Shown piece by piece: positions 12,802 to 26,885 of a stretch of 64,000 nucleotides of DNA. Below the pieces are notes generated by a model, which was not told the origin of the DNA, did not search any database, and worked only from the letters and a program-made list of their open reading frames with translations. The number at the start of each line of letters is the position of its first letter. Within the stretch, counting starts at the first letter, position 1. Source of the DNA: Octopus vulgaris. Taxonomy: Eukaryota. Location: contig OX597824.1 in assembly GCA_951406725.2 (NCBI GenBank), forward strand, positions 33,294,001-33,358,000, given 5' to 3'. The position numbers were made by a program, and so were the translations under genes.

Positions 12802-13231
12802 GCACACAAACATACATAAACACGCACACACATAAGTATCATTATGACACATCCTACATGCAACGTTACTACTGTGCATCATACATACACCACTAGATAC
12901 AAATTTTATTCAATGTACGTTCACTGCATATATTTCATATGAGTGCATGCATAAAATACATCCCAGTTTTCATGTACTAAAATATACATATTTATACATT
13001 ATACAAATTATATTTCTAACAAAGCATATCATACATCATTACTGAATATAATTTAAATGTTCTTCCATTGAGTCTGTTTATTTTTTTTTCCGTGGATGTA
13101 ATTGGAATAACATATCTTTCTTAGTTTTTTAATATAACTACAGTTTCACTTATACACAAAAATTTTCGTTAGTCATCACGTCTTTTATGTATCAACTTGT
13201 ATAGATAGTTCTGTCCGGTTTTTAGTATATA

Positions 13232-13653
13232 CTAGCAGCGTTGCCCGAGTATGTAAGAGCCCCTAGTAGGCAACGACTAATCCCAATCTAGTCCTTTCCC
13301 TCTGGGGAACGAAGGCGCATGTGTAGGTTGCAATGTCTTCTCTTCACTCGAATACTTATGTGTATACGATGTTCCTAGCTGTCCCTTTGGGCGATAAAAA
13401 GGTCGAGTTGTGTCCCCTTGACAGAAAATGTGTTGCATATAAAAAGCTTAGATTCTCGACCCCATGTCGAATTTATCGATTTTTTTCAGAACTGGAGGAA
13501 CTTTTCAAAATTTTCGCTGCGTTAGTTTTGAATTATGACATTGGGCTATGTGTGTGTCAAGTTTCACCAGAATCGGTTGAAAGCCGTGGTCAGGGTGAGG
13601 GTACAACCTCACAGACACACAGACAGACAAACTGCCGTTTATATATAGAGAGA
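13232..13653 (-). mobile_element. Non-autonomous Helitron
   Basis: Minus strand a|TCTCTCTATATATAAA..ctgtctgtgtg..CTAG|t, i.e. TC..CTAG ends at an AT site. Confidence 0.7.
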
Positions 13654-14909
13654 TTTAAAAATAAAAACATAATATTGGTTTCAAATTTTGGCACAAGGCC
13701 AGAAATTTCGGGGGATGGGGGCAAGTCGATTACGTCGATCTCAGTATTCAATTGATACTTATTTCATCAACCCCGAAAGGAAGAAAGGCAAAGGTGACCT
13801 CAGCGGCACAACATAATATTTAATAGTGCAAACTTTAAATAACTGTATAATTTCCTTCAGTTTTATCATTTTCCCATCTATTTGTAAGTTTTCGAATGCC
13901 TAATTTGAAAAATTCCGTTGGTTTTGAATAAGTATAAGTATATAATTCAATTTCTATGTCTACTCTGCTAGCCGTCTTTTCCTCTCTAAATGGTCTTGCA
14001 AAGATCTAAGTAGATGACGTAGCAAAGTCCTGAGAATATGTTGAGTGTGGTAGTTTTTCCACCCGATTTATTGCAGAACATTTTTAGTGACTTGTGCAGT
14101 CTGAAATCGAGCATTATCTTGATAACCGAGAACCTCCACTCACTATGATTTATTAAGGTAAGACGTTATATATCCAAAGCAGTCTTCGAAATGGTAAAGT
14201 TACTGTTAGAAGACTTCTAAAGTGATTGCTTGATACAGCCCTTAAAAACTGAAGATGAATAATTCCTTCCACATTCTTCGAAATAATAACATTTTTTTTT
14301 TTAGTTAAACCACTCTCATGGATGCTATACAGTTTTTTTTTATTAAAAAAATTTGGGTTTAGATACAAACTGCAACGCCTCTGTCAACGATTTGCTCCCG
14401 AAAGGGCATGAAAATCAATTTTCCACCACTTTGTAACTTTTCCCCTCTCCAAATCATTATGAATGGTCATAATGCTAATTTTTTTTTTTTCGCAACTTTC
14501 ACGGATTCCCATGACACGATAATCATGAATTTGAATTAGGAGCTTGGGTCATAGTGAAACTTTTATTAGCTGATTACATCCCCACGGACGCCACACCAAT
14601 GGATGCGTTGCAGTTACTCTCTTGATAGAACTTAGTGATCCTGACCGCTGATCTTCTAGGATTCCCCCGCTCAACATCAATGTATGATGCACCGTTGGCT
14701 CTCTTCAGCTCTTCTGCTTTCATAATCCGCCATACTGCAGTCCTATGACTTCACCATATCCTTGACAGGGTGGCTGAACGGGTGCCATGCCTTGCCAAAG
14801 GGTAGCCCGTAGCTATGCAAGGCATGATCGTGTTACTCCGTGAGGTATTTTCAGAACACCCGCATACCCATAACATTTAATTCAGTTAAAAAAAAAAACT
14901 CTCACTTTT

Positions 14910-15150
14910 AAAGCAGGATTTCTTGCAAATGTTGCTTCAACAATTCGTCTCCCAATTTAGAAGGATGCCGTCATCGAGGTTTATCAAACAAATTGAAATT
15001 ACCACGTCTGAATTTTCCAACCCATTTTCTGCAAGTTCTTTCATTCTCTTCATCTTGACCATAAGACTTTGGGGCACATTTCTGGTTGTTTGGCGTGCAT
15101 TAGAAACTTGATAAGACTTATGCATTATAATATGACGAATATGCATTTTG
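14910..15150 (-). pseudogene. Mariner transposase N-terminal fragment (degenerate)
   Basis: Frameshifted translation HIRHIIMH..YGQDEENERTCRKWVGKFRRGNFNLFDKPR, Mos1-like HTH region. Confidence 0.65.
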
Positions 15151-15324
15151 CTTGATTCTATGATGGGTTCTATGTAGGGAAATATTAATAAACTAAAATA
15201 TGGTTGTTACTCTACTGGATGCTTCATGAAACGATTATGTATCAGTGAATGCCATTATATTTATAGCTTTTACCAAATAACAGGTTTCAATAGCTTCAGA
15301 CTCATAATCCGACCCAAGTTTCTT

Positions 15325-15825
15325 ATTTCTTTATTGCCCACAAGGGGCTAAACATAGAGGGGACAAACTAGGACAAAAGAAAAACGGATTAAGTCGATTA
15401 CATTGACCCCAGTGCGTAACTGGTACTTAATTTATCGACCCCGAAAGGATGAAAGGCTAAGTCGACCTCGGCGGAATTTGAACTCAGAACGTAGCGGCGG
15501 ACGAAATCCGACATAAGTTTCTAGTCATCCTGATGCAAGCTCAGATTAGTCTTCCTTCTCGCGCAGATACGAACCCACCACAATGAAAGTCACTATAGAA
15601 GATAAAGATAATGGCAACGAGCTGGCAGAATCGTTGACACGCCGAACAAAATGCTTTGCAGCATTTCGTCCGTCTTTACGTACTGAGTTCGAATCCCACT
15701 GAGGTCGACCTTGCATTTCATACCCTTCGGGATCAATAAATTAAGTACCAGTCGAGCACTAGGATCGATGTAATTGACTGATCCCCTCCCGCGAAATTGC
15801 TGACCATGAGCCAAAATTTGAAACT
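15325..15825. mobile_element. Two divergently oriented SINE family A copies
   Basis: Minus copy ~15325-15510, plus copy ~15612-15825. Confidence 0.8.
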
Positions 15826-16180
15826 GTTATTGAAAATAAAGTTGATACACACCACTGTGCATTTTTGTCCTTGAAAAGAGTTGAACTTGTAACCTCTTTC
15901 GTTAGTTTTTACCACTTAGCTTTACCACTGAGCTACGCGTCATTTAAGAAATCATGCAAATAGGCGGGAGACAGAAGAAAACATGCGCGCGCACGCCACG
16001 ATGTTTAATATAGATGTTCGCAGGACATTGATATGTAGTTTAGTCTATGTGAGAAAAGGATAAAGAGACAACATATTAAAAACAAAACCACACAAACTAG
16101 ATATATTTTCGATGGTTTAGGTGCAAGTTATATATATATATGTGTGTGTGTGTATATATATATATATATACACACACAAA

Positions 16181-16411
16181 AGGCGGCGAGCTGGCAGAAA
16201 CGTTAGCACGTCGGGCGAAATGCGTAGCCGTATTTCGTCTGCCGTTAAGTGTTCTGGGTTCAAATTCCGCCGAGGTCGACTTTGCCTTTCATCCTTTCGG
16301 GGTCGATAAATTAAGTACCAGTTACGCACTGGGGTCGATGTAATCGACTTAATCCCTTTGTCTGTCCTTGTTTGTCCCCTCTATGTTTAGCCCCTTGTGG
16401 GTAGTAAAGAA

Positions 16412-16413
<2 letters not shown>
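16181..16413 (+). mobile_element. SINE family A, full length (young tail type)
   Basis: A-box-like tggcagaaacgttagc, B-box-like ggttcaaattcc, tail ccccttgtgggtagtaaagaaata. Confidence 0.9.
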
Positions 16414-16505
<92 letters not shown>

Positions 16506-16579
16506 ATCCATCTGGCAACCTAGCTTGCAACCTATCTTTTTTCTTTCTCTCTCTCCTCCTCTCTCTCTCTCCATGTATG

Positions 16580-16629
<50 letters not shown>

Positions 16630-17002
16630 AGGACAGACAGAGCAACTGTTAGTAGACAGAGAGGCAGCAGACATAGAAAGATAGATAAATAGAACCCCCC
16701 CCCCACACACACACACACACCGAGTTTGAGAGAGAGTTTATATTTTGTTATTAATAAGGTCTTCATAGTTCTTTATTTATATATTTTTTCTCTGAGTAAA
16801 TCTATCCAGGCCAGGCGTGCTCTCAACTAACGATTTTCTATTTAGTTTTTCTTTTGTGTTCTGTATTATTATTATAATGTGCTGCAATGGCTTCTTGCTT
16901 TAAATGCATTCACCATTAATAAGGAAATAGGAAAAAAATCGTTTCTAAAAAGGATTGAATTCGAACATAGTCGTGTCTTCAATATATCTTTCAAACAAAA
17001 GC

Positions 17003-17385
<383 letters not shown>

Positions 17386-17411
17386 CTAAAATAACACACG
17401 CACACATATAT

Positions 17412-17830
17412 GGGCGCAGGCATGGTTGTGTGGTAAGAAGCTTGTTTCCCAACCACTTGGTTCCATGTTCAGTCCCACTGTGTGGCACCTTAGGCAAGGG
17501 TCTTCTACTATAGCCTCGGGCCGACCAAATCCTTGTGAGTGGATTTAGTAGACGGAAACTGAAAGAAGCCCACCGTATATGTGTGTGTGTGTGTGTGTGT
17601 ATCTCTGTGTCTATGTTTGTCTCCCTCCGTCTCTTGACAATCAGTGGTGACGTTGTTTACATCCCTGTAACTTAGCGGTCCGGCAAAAGAGCCCATAAAA
17701 GAAGTACTACGCTTCAAAACCATAAGTCCTAGGGTTGATTTGTTCGACTAAAACGCTTGAAGGCGGTGCCACATCATGGCCGCAGTCAAATGACTGAAAC
17801 ATGTAAAAAAGAAAAAGAGATAAAAAGATA
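17412..17830 (+). mobile_element. SINE family B
   Basis: ggcgcaggcatggttgtgtggtaag..ggccgcagtcaaatgactgaaac. Confidence 0.85.
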
Positions 17831-18140
17831 TGATAGAGATAACAACTAAAAGATGTTTCTTCGTTTACTTTTTGGAGGAATTGGTGTCGTCAGATGATGT
17901 CTCAATAATAATTGGGTAATTCAATCCTGAGCCATAATAGCCTCCCGTTGGTGGAACCATACTAAGTATGAGAGTCTTCTTACAGAAGACTCCCACACTT
18001 AGTATGTTTCCATTCAAAGGCTTGAACCCATCCTTCTTCCCATGGGGCTGTAAGCTTGGTCAATATTATTGTCTTTGCCTTTTCAAACTATAAACTACAG
18101 GGTTGTCCGGACGACAATACCTTATGAATCTTACATATAT

Positions 18141-18521
18141 GGGAAGCACTCCGTCGGTTACGACGACGAGGGTTCCGGTTGATCCGATCAACGGAACAGC
18201 CTGCTCGTGAAATTAACGTGTAAGTGGCTGAGCACTCCACAGACACGTGTACCCTTAACGTAGTTCTCGGGGATATCCAGCGTGACACAGAGAGTGACAA
18301 GGCCGGCCCCTTGAAATACAGGTACAACAGAAACAGGAAGTAAGAGTGAGAGAAAGTTGTGGTGAAAGAGTACAACAGGGATCACCACCACCCCTGCCGG
18401 AGCCTCGTGGAGCTTTAGGTGTTTTCGCTCAATAAACACTCACAACGCCCGGTCTGGGAATCGAAACCGCGATCCTATGACCGCGAGTCCGCTGCCCTAA
18501 CCACTGGGCCATTGCGCCTCC
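18141..18521 (-). mobile_element. SINE family C, full length with TSD
   Basis: tRNA-like head ggaggcgcaatggcccagtggttagg..gtttcgattccc; TSD CTTACATATAT; near-identical to 57560-57947. Confidence 0.9.
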
Positions 18522-18664
18522 CTTACATATATACCATTCTGCCTAAGCAACGGATCTACAAATTCAATATCCCTACATATCTCACATCTATTTTCTTTCC
18601 TCTACTTCACTCTCTATTTTGTATCCCATTTAAATTAATTATTACTTAACTATCCTCTCACACC

Positions 18665-18715
18665 GTCTCCGATGAAGGGATATAATTATAAATATCTTGG
18701 AAACAGCTGTAAGAC
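18665..18715 (+). ncRNA. Minimal type I hammerhead-ribozyme-like motif in a Penelope-like 3' end
   Basis: GTCT-CCGATGA-aGGGATAT-aattataa-ATATCTTg-GAAA-CAGCTG-TA-AGAC: stem I GTCT/AGAC, palindromic stem III ACAGCTGT, GUA cleavage triplet, U4C core variant. Upstream KQRIYKFNIP resembles a GIY-YIG C-terminus. Confidence 0.6.
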
Positions 18716-19124
18716 CTTCTATCTATAAATGTTCTAATATCTACATAGCCATGGTTTTTTTTTTATCTCATTACGCAAAAACTTTTCATGTAAATATATA
18801 TATATATATATATACACATACAAAAAAAAAAGTAAATTTCGAACGCGGAATAGCTGTGGAAACAGCTTCGAAGAGAGGGTAGACACCCTAAGGGGGCAGA
18901 AAAGAAAAGCGACCAGCAAGCGTGTACGGATAATCGAACCTTGTACCTCTCAAATTCCGTCTAAGTGGTCTGTACCATTAGCATAAGCACCTCCTGAGTA
19001 CAAATGTCTTTTATAACACTAAATGTTAACTTTTGGAATCTGAGCCCATTTTCACACACACACACACACACGCACACACACATGCACACATACGTACATG
19101 TATGTACGTATGTGTGTGTGCATG

Positions 19125-19276
19125 ATTGTTGGTAAGAAGCTTGCTTCCCAACCTCATGGTTCCGGGTTCAGTCCCACTGCGTGGCACCTTGGACAAGTGT
19201 CTTCAACTATAGTCTCGGGCCGACCAAAGCCTTGTGAGTGGATTTGATTGACGGAAACTGGGAGAAGTCTGTTGTG

Positions 19277-19308
<32 letters not shown>

Positions 19309-19490
19309 TGTATGTATGTATGTATGTGTGTCTTTGTGTCTGTGCTTCTCACTCCATCAGCGTTTGACAACCGCTGTTGGTGTGTTTAAGTCCAGGGGTC
19401 GATTTATTCGGCTACTACCCGTCAAGGCGGTGCTCCACTATGGCCGCAGTCAAATGACGGAAACAAGTGAAAGAATGAAAGGATAAAAGA
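19125..19490 (+). mobile_element. SINE family B with (TATG)n slot
   Basis: Family B head and tail motifs. Confidence 0.8.
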
Positions 19491-20121
19491 ATATGTATAG
19501 GCGGACAAGGTGTGCAGTGCTTACCCTAGACAAGTGTGTAAATATATAATTATTAATCATAAAAAAATAAATACTGAATCATTAAGAAAATGCCTACCCA
19601 GACAGCAAGTCTCTGACGTTGATAATGAGTTAAAATACGGGTCTTTGAAGAGTTGTTGGGTTGACTTATTCACCGTTCAAAGCTGCCGAAGAATTTTAGC
19701 TGAAACTAGCTTTCCCTTCTTTTCTAACTAATTCCACTGTTTGAATTATGTGTATTTTTAATGTTAGTTCAGTGTTTGTATATCGATTGTATTTCCATAT
19801 TGATTCAGTCAACTTTGAATCTACACTGAAGCGTAATATTATAACAAGGAAATATTTATTTAATCTGTGATGGTTATTTTATTTATTTTAAACTATCTCT
19901 AAAGCCCCTTTGATGATGTGTTTTAGTTTATGAAAAATTGGCCCCTAATTTATAAAGTTCATGTTTATCTTCAATAAATAATACGCATTAAATGTCATTC
20001 TATGTTAGTTAATTATTGATTATTTACACGAGGAGAAAGCCTCGGTTTGAGAGATAGCATAGTTGATTAAATCGATCTCAATATTTCTTTAGTAGTTTAG
20101 CTTGTAGATGACGCTTAGTGA

Positions 20122-20176
<55 letters not shown>

Positions 20177-20184
20177 TCTCTCTC

Positions 20185-21124
20185 TGTTATATATAACATA
20201 AATACGGACGTAGCAGATAACAGCTAGCCTTCGATAGCTTGGACCCTGTTGTGTCCACTACTCCGATTGGTTGGTATTGGCTCGTCCCTTGCTCTATTGT
20301 GCGCCAATATGCAACCCAACCAATCGCAACCTGATAAGGTCCCGTGACACAGTTTTTTCTAAAGCTCCGTTTGAGCCGATAATAGGCTATAAAACTTCAG
20401 CAATTCATCGTATTTCGTCTTTAGTTCTAGACCTTCTAAGGTATAACCATTGACCACAGAGCACACTGCCAGTGCCAGTGACAGACAACACCAGCAGCAT
20501 CAGGACCTCCATCTCCATCGCCTTGGTCTTCTTAACGACGCCAACAACATCTCTACGTACACCGCAACATTCGCTCAGGTCCAACTCCTCGTGAATTACT
20601 TCAAAGTGGTTAACAGAAAGTACAACAACCTGCGAGATCTTCCGGTATCAAGTGATCGGCAGTGGCATAGTAGCCACAACCGCTTACACGACACGTGCTT
20701 CAACCGGCTCTGCTTCTACGCCACAACTTCTTGTTACAGCTCTTCAACTATTGTGTACCTTACTAGGAACTGGTATTTATCTTCATTGTGTCTGAACTTC
20801 TTCTAGCGTCCTATTGTAGACTCTTTCAATGCTCTGTATTTTATTTCACATGCATACACCCTTGCTTGTACACACATACATATAATGTATGCATGACGGC
20901 CTGTCTATTGTTATTTTTATATATGTACTTATGTTGCACACACAGACACATACATGTTAACACATAAATAAAAGCTTCTCTTAAACATTCTACGGTTATG
21001 TCGTCTTTCTTTTCCTTCTGGCACTTGTACTCATTTATCCATTTTGCTTTTATTGTAAGCGACCGTGCGGTGTATTAAAGGAGCCATTCATTCATCACCT
21101 TTCCTATCGCACGGTCGTTCTACA
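20185..21124 (+). mobile_element. LTR-like segment (possible solo LTR)
   Basis: CCAAT/ATTGG boxes at ~20266-20324, TATAAAA at 20388, AATAAA at ~20967, ends in TACA; part duplicated at 17149. No TSD found and left boundary uncertain. Confidence 0.4.
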
Positions 21125-22020
21125 AGCTTACCGACCCTCAGAAGGTTGAACACTAAAGTCAACCTCAGTCCGTGTACTTTAAATTACTTTGGTAGCATTA
21201 GATAATAACTGTGAAGGTGCTTGGTCGTTCCAGTGGTCTCAGCCATGCAATCAAAAGCGTAGTAGCATATCTAGTGAGGGCGATGGGGCTGGTCCGCTCC
21301 AGGCGGCGCTTTTCTGTGGGAGATACTTTTGGGGTGTGCTGCATAAGCCTGAAATAGGAGACAGAGTGCGAGTGTGGAAAACTTAAGAGCACACATTATT
21401 GCTACGTCACTGCACCTACAGTAACTTTGTGAGTGTTTTGGCTAACCTCAAAATCCTTTAGAAGGGCACACCAATGTCCTCTAGTGCAATGTATACTTGA
21501 AGTAGAGTGTTTGTTCCTTTATTTTGCATTTATTTATTCAGTATTTTGGGGTTTTTTTTTACATTTTGAAACCATCCTTTACTGTTTACTATAATGAAGA
21601 TGGAGAGCTTCTAACAATGCAAAAAAGTAATCTTTAAATATGTCAGGTTACTTAACTTTCCCTTTCTGCATTATTTGAAGTTCTTTTCCATTATTTTATT
21701 ATTTTACTTCAGCATCAAAACGCTTCAAGCAAGCAACAGTGCTCTTCTATTTACTATGAATTATGGTATATTTTTTTTTATTTAGTTGGGTTTGTTTTCT
21801 TTCTATTTCTTTCATTTTCGTTTTGTTTTTCTTTCAACATATCCAAGACAGCAGGTGAGTTGTTTTCCTTAAACTCCCCCCCGGGTTAACTGACGTCACA
21901 TCATTTTTAAATCACCGGTAAATAACGTCGATTCTACAGGTGAGGTAGATTCGACAGATTTTATTGTTGAATTCATTGCAAAAAAATTAAATTAAATTTT
22001 TAAAAAAAATAATAAATAAA

Positions 22021-22024
22021 TAAA

Positions 22025-22076
<52 letters not shown>
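22021..22076. repeat. (AAT)n microsatellite
   Basis: Direct reading. Confidence 0.9.
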
Positions 22077-22077
<1 letters not shown>

Positions 22078-23067
22078 GATAGAAGTTTCAACAACTTAGG
22101 GCTTACGTTCTAAATCGAGATACAAAATCAGAAATAAACCAAAATATAAAACAAAATTCCCTACATTCGGTTGCATCTCTTTTGTAGTGCATTATTAACA
22201 ATAAAATATTTTTAATAAACAAACTTCCTTTTTGGAATTAAACGAATAAATTCTACAACGTTGTCGTTCTCGTCGTAAACCTTACTAAACTTGACCGATG
22301 TCAGGTGGTGTGTGGAGTGCAAAAGATATAACTAGAGAGGTCTGGGAGGTGGTTGTTGAAACACCGAAAACAACTCGTTCCATTTCTGACTCGTCGAAAT
22401 CATACGGTTGGTTGGTGCTTACAAATTCCAAATAATTTCGATATATTTAGAATAGCAGTGCACGAGACGGAAAAAAAAACAAATTTACATTATATTTAAT
22501 TTCATTAAGCTATATTTAATTATTTACCTTATTACATTTTTATGAATACAAATTGACTAATATATTCAAATATAATTATTTATCATTACATTATATTTAG
22601 TTTGCCACATTACATATAATTAATATAAGAAAACAAATTAGGGCGGTGAGCTGGCAGAATCGGTAGCAAGCCGTGCAAAAATGTTTGTAGGTATTTCGTT
22701 TGTCATTTTGTTTTTGTGTGTCCTATTTCTAATTTTTGCAGACAATATCACTTTTATACTTTATTTGACTCGTGAGCAGAACTCATGTCTGGAAACCTCC
22801 TGACATACTTAGATTGTTGAAAAAAATCGATAATAGTGCCCTTCCATAGGATCCTTCTATCTACTACATATTACTAATATTTTATTCAAACAACCCAGGG
22901 GAAATAGCCCATACCACCTGCAGATTTTAGCGAAGCGCTCAATATTTGATTCTTACGATCAGCCGACCTAATTCTGAATTTCACTACACATAGTTTTGAA
23001 CTGCTAAACATTATTATTGCACTTTCTTAATTTGAATCTTAAACCTTAAAGGCTTCATTCATACATT

Positions 23068-23573
23068 TCTATACATACATACTTTTTTCAATTCCCATTA
23101 CTCCGATAATTCTGCATTTTTACAGCTACACTTTTTCCATGACAGTAGATAAATTTTTTTTATTCCACAGAGTATTTGTAGTGACTTCATCCAGGCATAG
23201 CGTGGATTCGATCCTTGATTGCCAAATTTCACTTCAACAGCACTTTTCTCACGGTAAAACAGTTTTTCTGCGAATGACAGCAGTTTACATTTCCCAGATG
23301 CCTTCGTTAAGCAGAATGATGTCTTTCCCTCTCACCAACCTTCGAGAACCTCTCTCACCAACCTCCGGCAATCTTTCTCGCCAACCTCCGAAAACTTCTC
23401 TCGCCAACCTCCAACAATCTCTCCCTCCTCCAGCTGACAGTATTTTGTACTTTTTCCTGACGGAAAATACACCTTTTTTGGCAGTTATAACGAAATTGCT
23501 TTCTTATATCAGAGTAATAAAGCGTTTCAATAGAACATCTTTACCTCCGGGAATTACCGGGTACACCAGCTAT
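23068..23573 (+). mobile_element. Probable non-autonomous Helitron (degenerate)
   Basis: 3' hairpin ccgggaattaccggg followed by CTAT (CTAG-like); TCTATAC at the putative 5' end. Confidence 0.45.
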
Positions 23574-23973
23574 ATGTATTCCAAAGGTTAAACAGAAAGA
23601 ACACAACGAAGGGAAAACTTAGACGAAAACTGAGCGAAAACATAACGGACGGAAAAAATAACGAAGAAAAAAGGATAAACATGATACAAGAACCATTCGC
23701 TGCGGATTTTTCTCATCAGTTTGTTTCCGAGGCGTCTTCGTGATATATATATCCTTTGTCCATGTGTTCTACAACCAGCCATGAGGTCTTTTCTTTCTCC
23801 ACTTTAAAGGGAGGTCATAGGCCATCGGCCATTTGGGCCTGAAGAGACGCAGTAAAGCTAAGCACTTTATGGACGTGAAACCCAGGGTAATCCCCATAGA
23901 ACTATCTTTATCTAATTACTCTACTGCTGAACAACTTAGAGTGTGCTTCTCTTTCGGATTTATGATTTACTGA

Positions 23974-23974
<1 letters not shown>

Positions 23975-24024
<50 letters not shown>

Positions 24025-24032
24025 AATATATA

Positions 24033-24109
<77 letters not shown>

Positions 24110-25000
24110 GACGAGCTTCTGAACAGTTCCCATCCACCAAATCCACTCAAAAGGCTTTGGTTGGCCCAGGGCTACAGTAGAAAACACTTGCCCAAGGTGT
24201 CATGTAGTGGAACTGGACCCACTACCACATGGTTGGGAAGCAAGCTTCTCAGACATACAGCTACGTCTGCTCACACCCTCATATGCTTGTCCGAGGAGTA
24301 TGGGTAGATAAGTATGTGAGCGAGATAGCAGTCGTAAACGCATCAGACAGATTGCAGTGCGGTGTCTGCTCTGGTTCTCTGCTGTCGGGGTTCAAATCTC
24401 ATAATGTCAGTTTCACTTTTTATATTTTAGGATTCAGTAAATAGATAGGTGTGTGTGTGTTTCTGTAACGAAGCGGTTCGGTAAACAAAACCGATAGAAT
24501 AAGTACTGGTGTCGATTCATTCGGCTAAAAATTCTTCAAGCCGGTGTCCCAGCATGGCCACAGTCTAATGATTAATAATCCTTTCCCAAGGTCTGAAATT
24601 TTGGTGGATTAGACTAGTCGATTACACTGGCCCCAGCGCTTCACTGGTACTTTATTGATGCCGAAAGGATGAAATGTAAAGTCGACCTCAGAACGAAAAG
24701 ACGGACAAAATGCTGGTGTGCATTTTGGCCTTCACGCCAACAATTCTGCCAGCTCGCCACCTTACAGAAAACATTAACAATAAAATAAGAAATTAGTTTC
24801 AAATTTTGGCACAAGGCCAACAAGTTCGGGAAAGGAGATAAGTTGATTACATCGACCCCAGTCCTCAACTGGTACTTATTTTATCGGTACCGAAAGGATG
24901 GAAGGTAAAGCTGACTTCGGCTGAATTCAAATTCATAACGTCAAGACCGATAAGCATTTTGGCCGGCATGCTAACAATTCTGTCAGCTCGCCGCCTTAAA
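23975..25000 (-). mobile_element. Cluster of SINE B and SINE A remnants with (TA)n
   Basis: Family B head at ~24105-24270 (minus); family A copies at ~24585-24765 and ~24795-24997 (minus). Confidence 0.7.
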
Positions 25001-26885
25001 GAAAATATCAATAATCATAACAAAAAGATATTAACATGGCTGTAGTGAGGGTTTTCATGACCTGGGGTCAAAAACTCTCTTGACGCCCCTGCTTTAACTA
25101 ACAGGCCTGATAAGACAGTAGAAATTTCGCACCCGCCCTCTATAGACTTGCTCCCGAAAGGTGAGTGCCTCTCCACACGCAGTAATCTTCTCGTTTCCCC
25201 TGTGTTAATCTACAGAATACTATTCATCTATATTTACAACTTCTATATTGGATGAAATTAATATAGGAAATTACTTTGCCATAACATGGACGCCTCTTGT
25301 TGTCAAAACTATAAACAGCGACTTGTTAGAAAACCAAATACTGATTGCTTGATTAAATGTTATGTATAAGCTTTATACAAATTGTTTAAAATCAATTCCC
25401 CCAGAATTAATTCAAGTCCAGCACGATTGTAAATGGTAAGCAAGTAACGGTGAGGTGGTGGTGGTGGGGGGGGGCTGTGTGGATTTGCGAACAACTTTTA
25501 ATTAATAAAGCTGTTATATAATGTAATGTGATAAAGGGAAAACGAAACAAAATAAAAGAGAAAGCTTTACTGCAATAGGGATGCTTACATAAAACTGTTT
25601 GATTTTTCACGCAGCATCTGGGAAATTGCACACTTGTTGGAAATATGAGGTGCCATTTAAAAGACTTAGTCCCAGTTAACGATACCCATTCTTCAAACCG
25701 AAAGTGTCTTTATACTTCTGTTTATTTTGACACAAAACCCATTATAGTTTCTTTTACAAAACACAGCGATTATATGTTAGGTTAAGAATAATGAGAACAG
25801 CTATTGTCATACATTTCATTTGTCATTGATCAAGCCATCAACATCATGCAGAGAAACAACTAGACTTAATAACGAAGTTTTCAACTGATTGATGTAGATA
25901 TAGAATTTGGTCAAAGAAACATTAGCATTAAATTGTTGCATAGGGAAAAATAGCTGCAACAAAACAAGAAATATTCATTTCAATCGGCCATCTGTCTCCT
26001 CAGATTCAATCAACGATTGCAATAAATAACTTGATATTTATGAAAATGACATAAATGAGATTCATTGAAGATATATATCTATCATATATTCCATAGATCA
26101 AGACTGTTGAAACAGCTGCGGTTAGGAATTATGTCACTCGATACCTGTATGAATTTCATGCAACATGATATCGAGTTTTTAAAAGAGTCGATAATTCTTA
26201 TTTAGAAGAGTTGCCGATATTTATCACCTGGTCAAAATGAAAACATTTTCTAAAAATGTCCTGCATTTGGAAAGAAATACCAATAACGTTACACAAAGAA
26301 CCATTTGTCATCAATTCGTAGTTTTAAAAAGAAAAAGAGTAGAAGTTGCTGTAAAAACGACGATAAAATTTTTTAGCTGTCGTCTGTTGATTGAGACGAG
26401 TGAATGTGAAAGAATCACGCGTGAACATGACAATATATGTATAGATAAACTGTATTCATAAGACATGACAGAAAATATAGGCTTAAAAAAATATGAGCTA
26501 GAGCATTCTTCATATAAAATATATTTGTGACATAGCATTGATAGGAATGTTTGGGATACGAAGATATTAACAATCTACTCCTTCAACATCAAAACCGTCC
26601 TCAATATCTCAACATCAAGTAGAAGCTTCTACATAAATAGTGATATTGATGAACAATTTTAGAAGAGACAGTATGAGGGAAGATATTTTATACATAAGAG
26701 TTGTAATGTTGTATCGTATCATCCAAGTAAAACATTGTATACAACAACAAAAACAATTACATCATCCAGCTGGGATAGAACTCCCCAACAAAGCACTCGA
26801 AATTAATGATTTTCCTTGCAGCCTCTGAACTGGTGGACTCATACACAGATCTACTTTATCTGAAATCCACATGTGTGTGTATGTG

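Noticed and set aside
18440-18521. tRNA genes (here and at other A/B-box sites)
   Set aside because: They are SINE heads continuing into SINE bodies with TSDs; no complete cloverleaf acceptor stem.
21891-21898. Perfect CRE site TGACGTCA and nearby plus-strand GTGAG donors
   Set aside because: About one such 8-mer is expected by chance in 64 kb, and no coherent exon frame was found.
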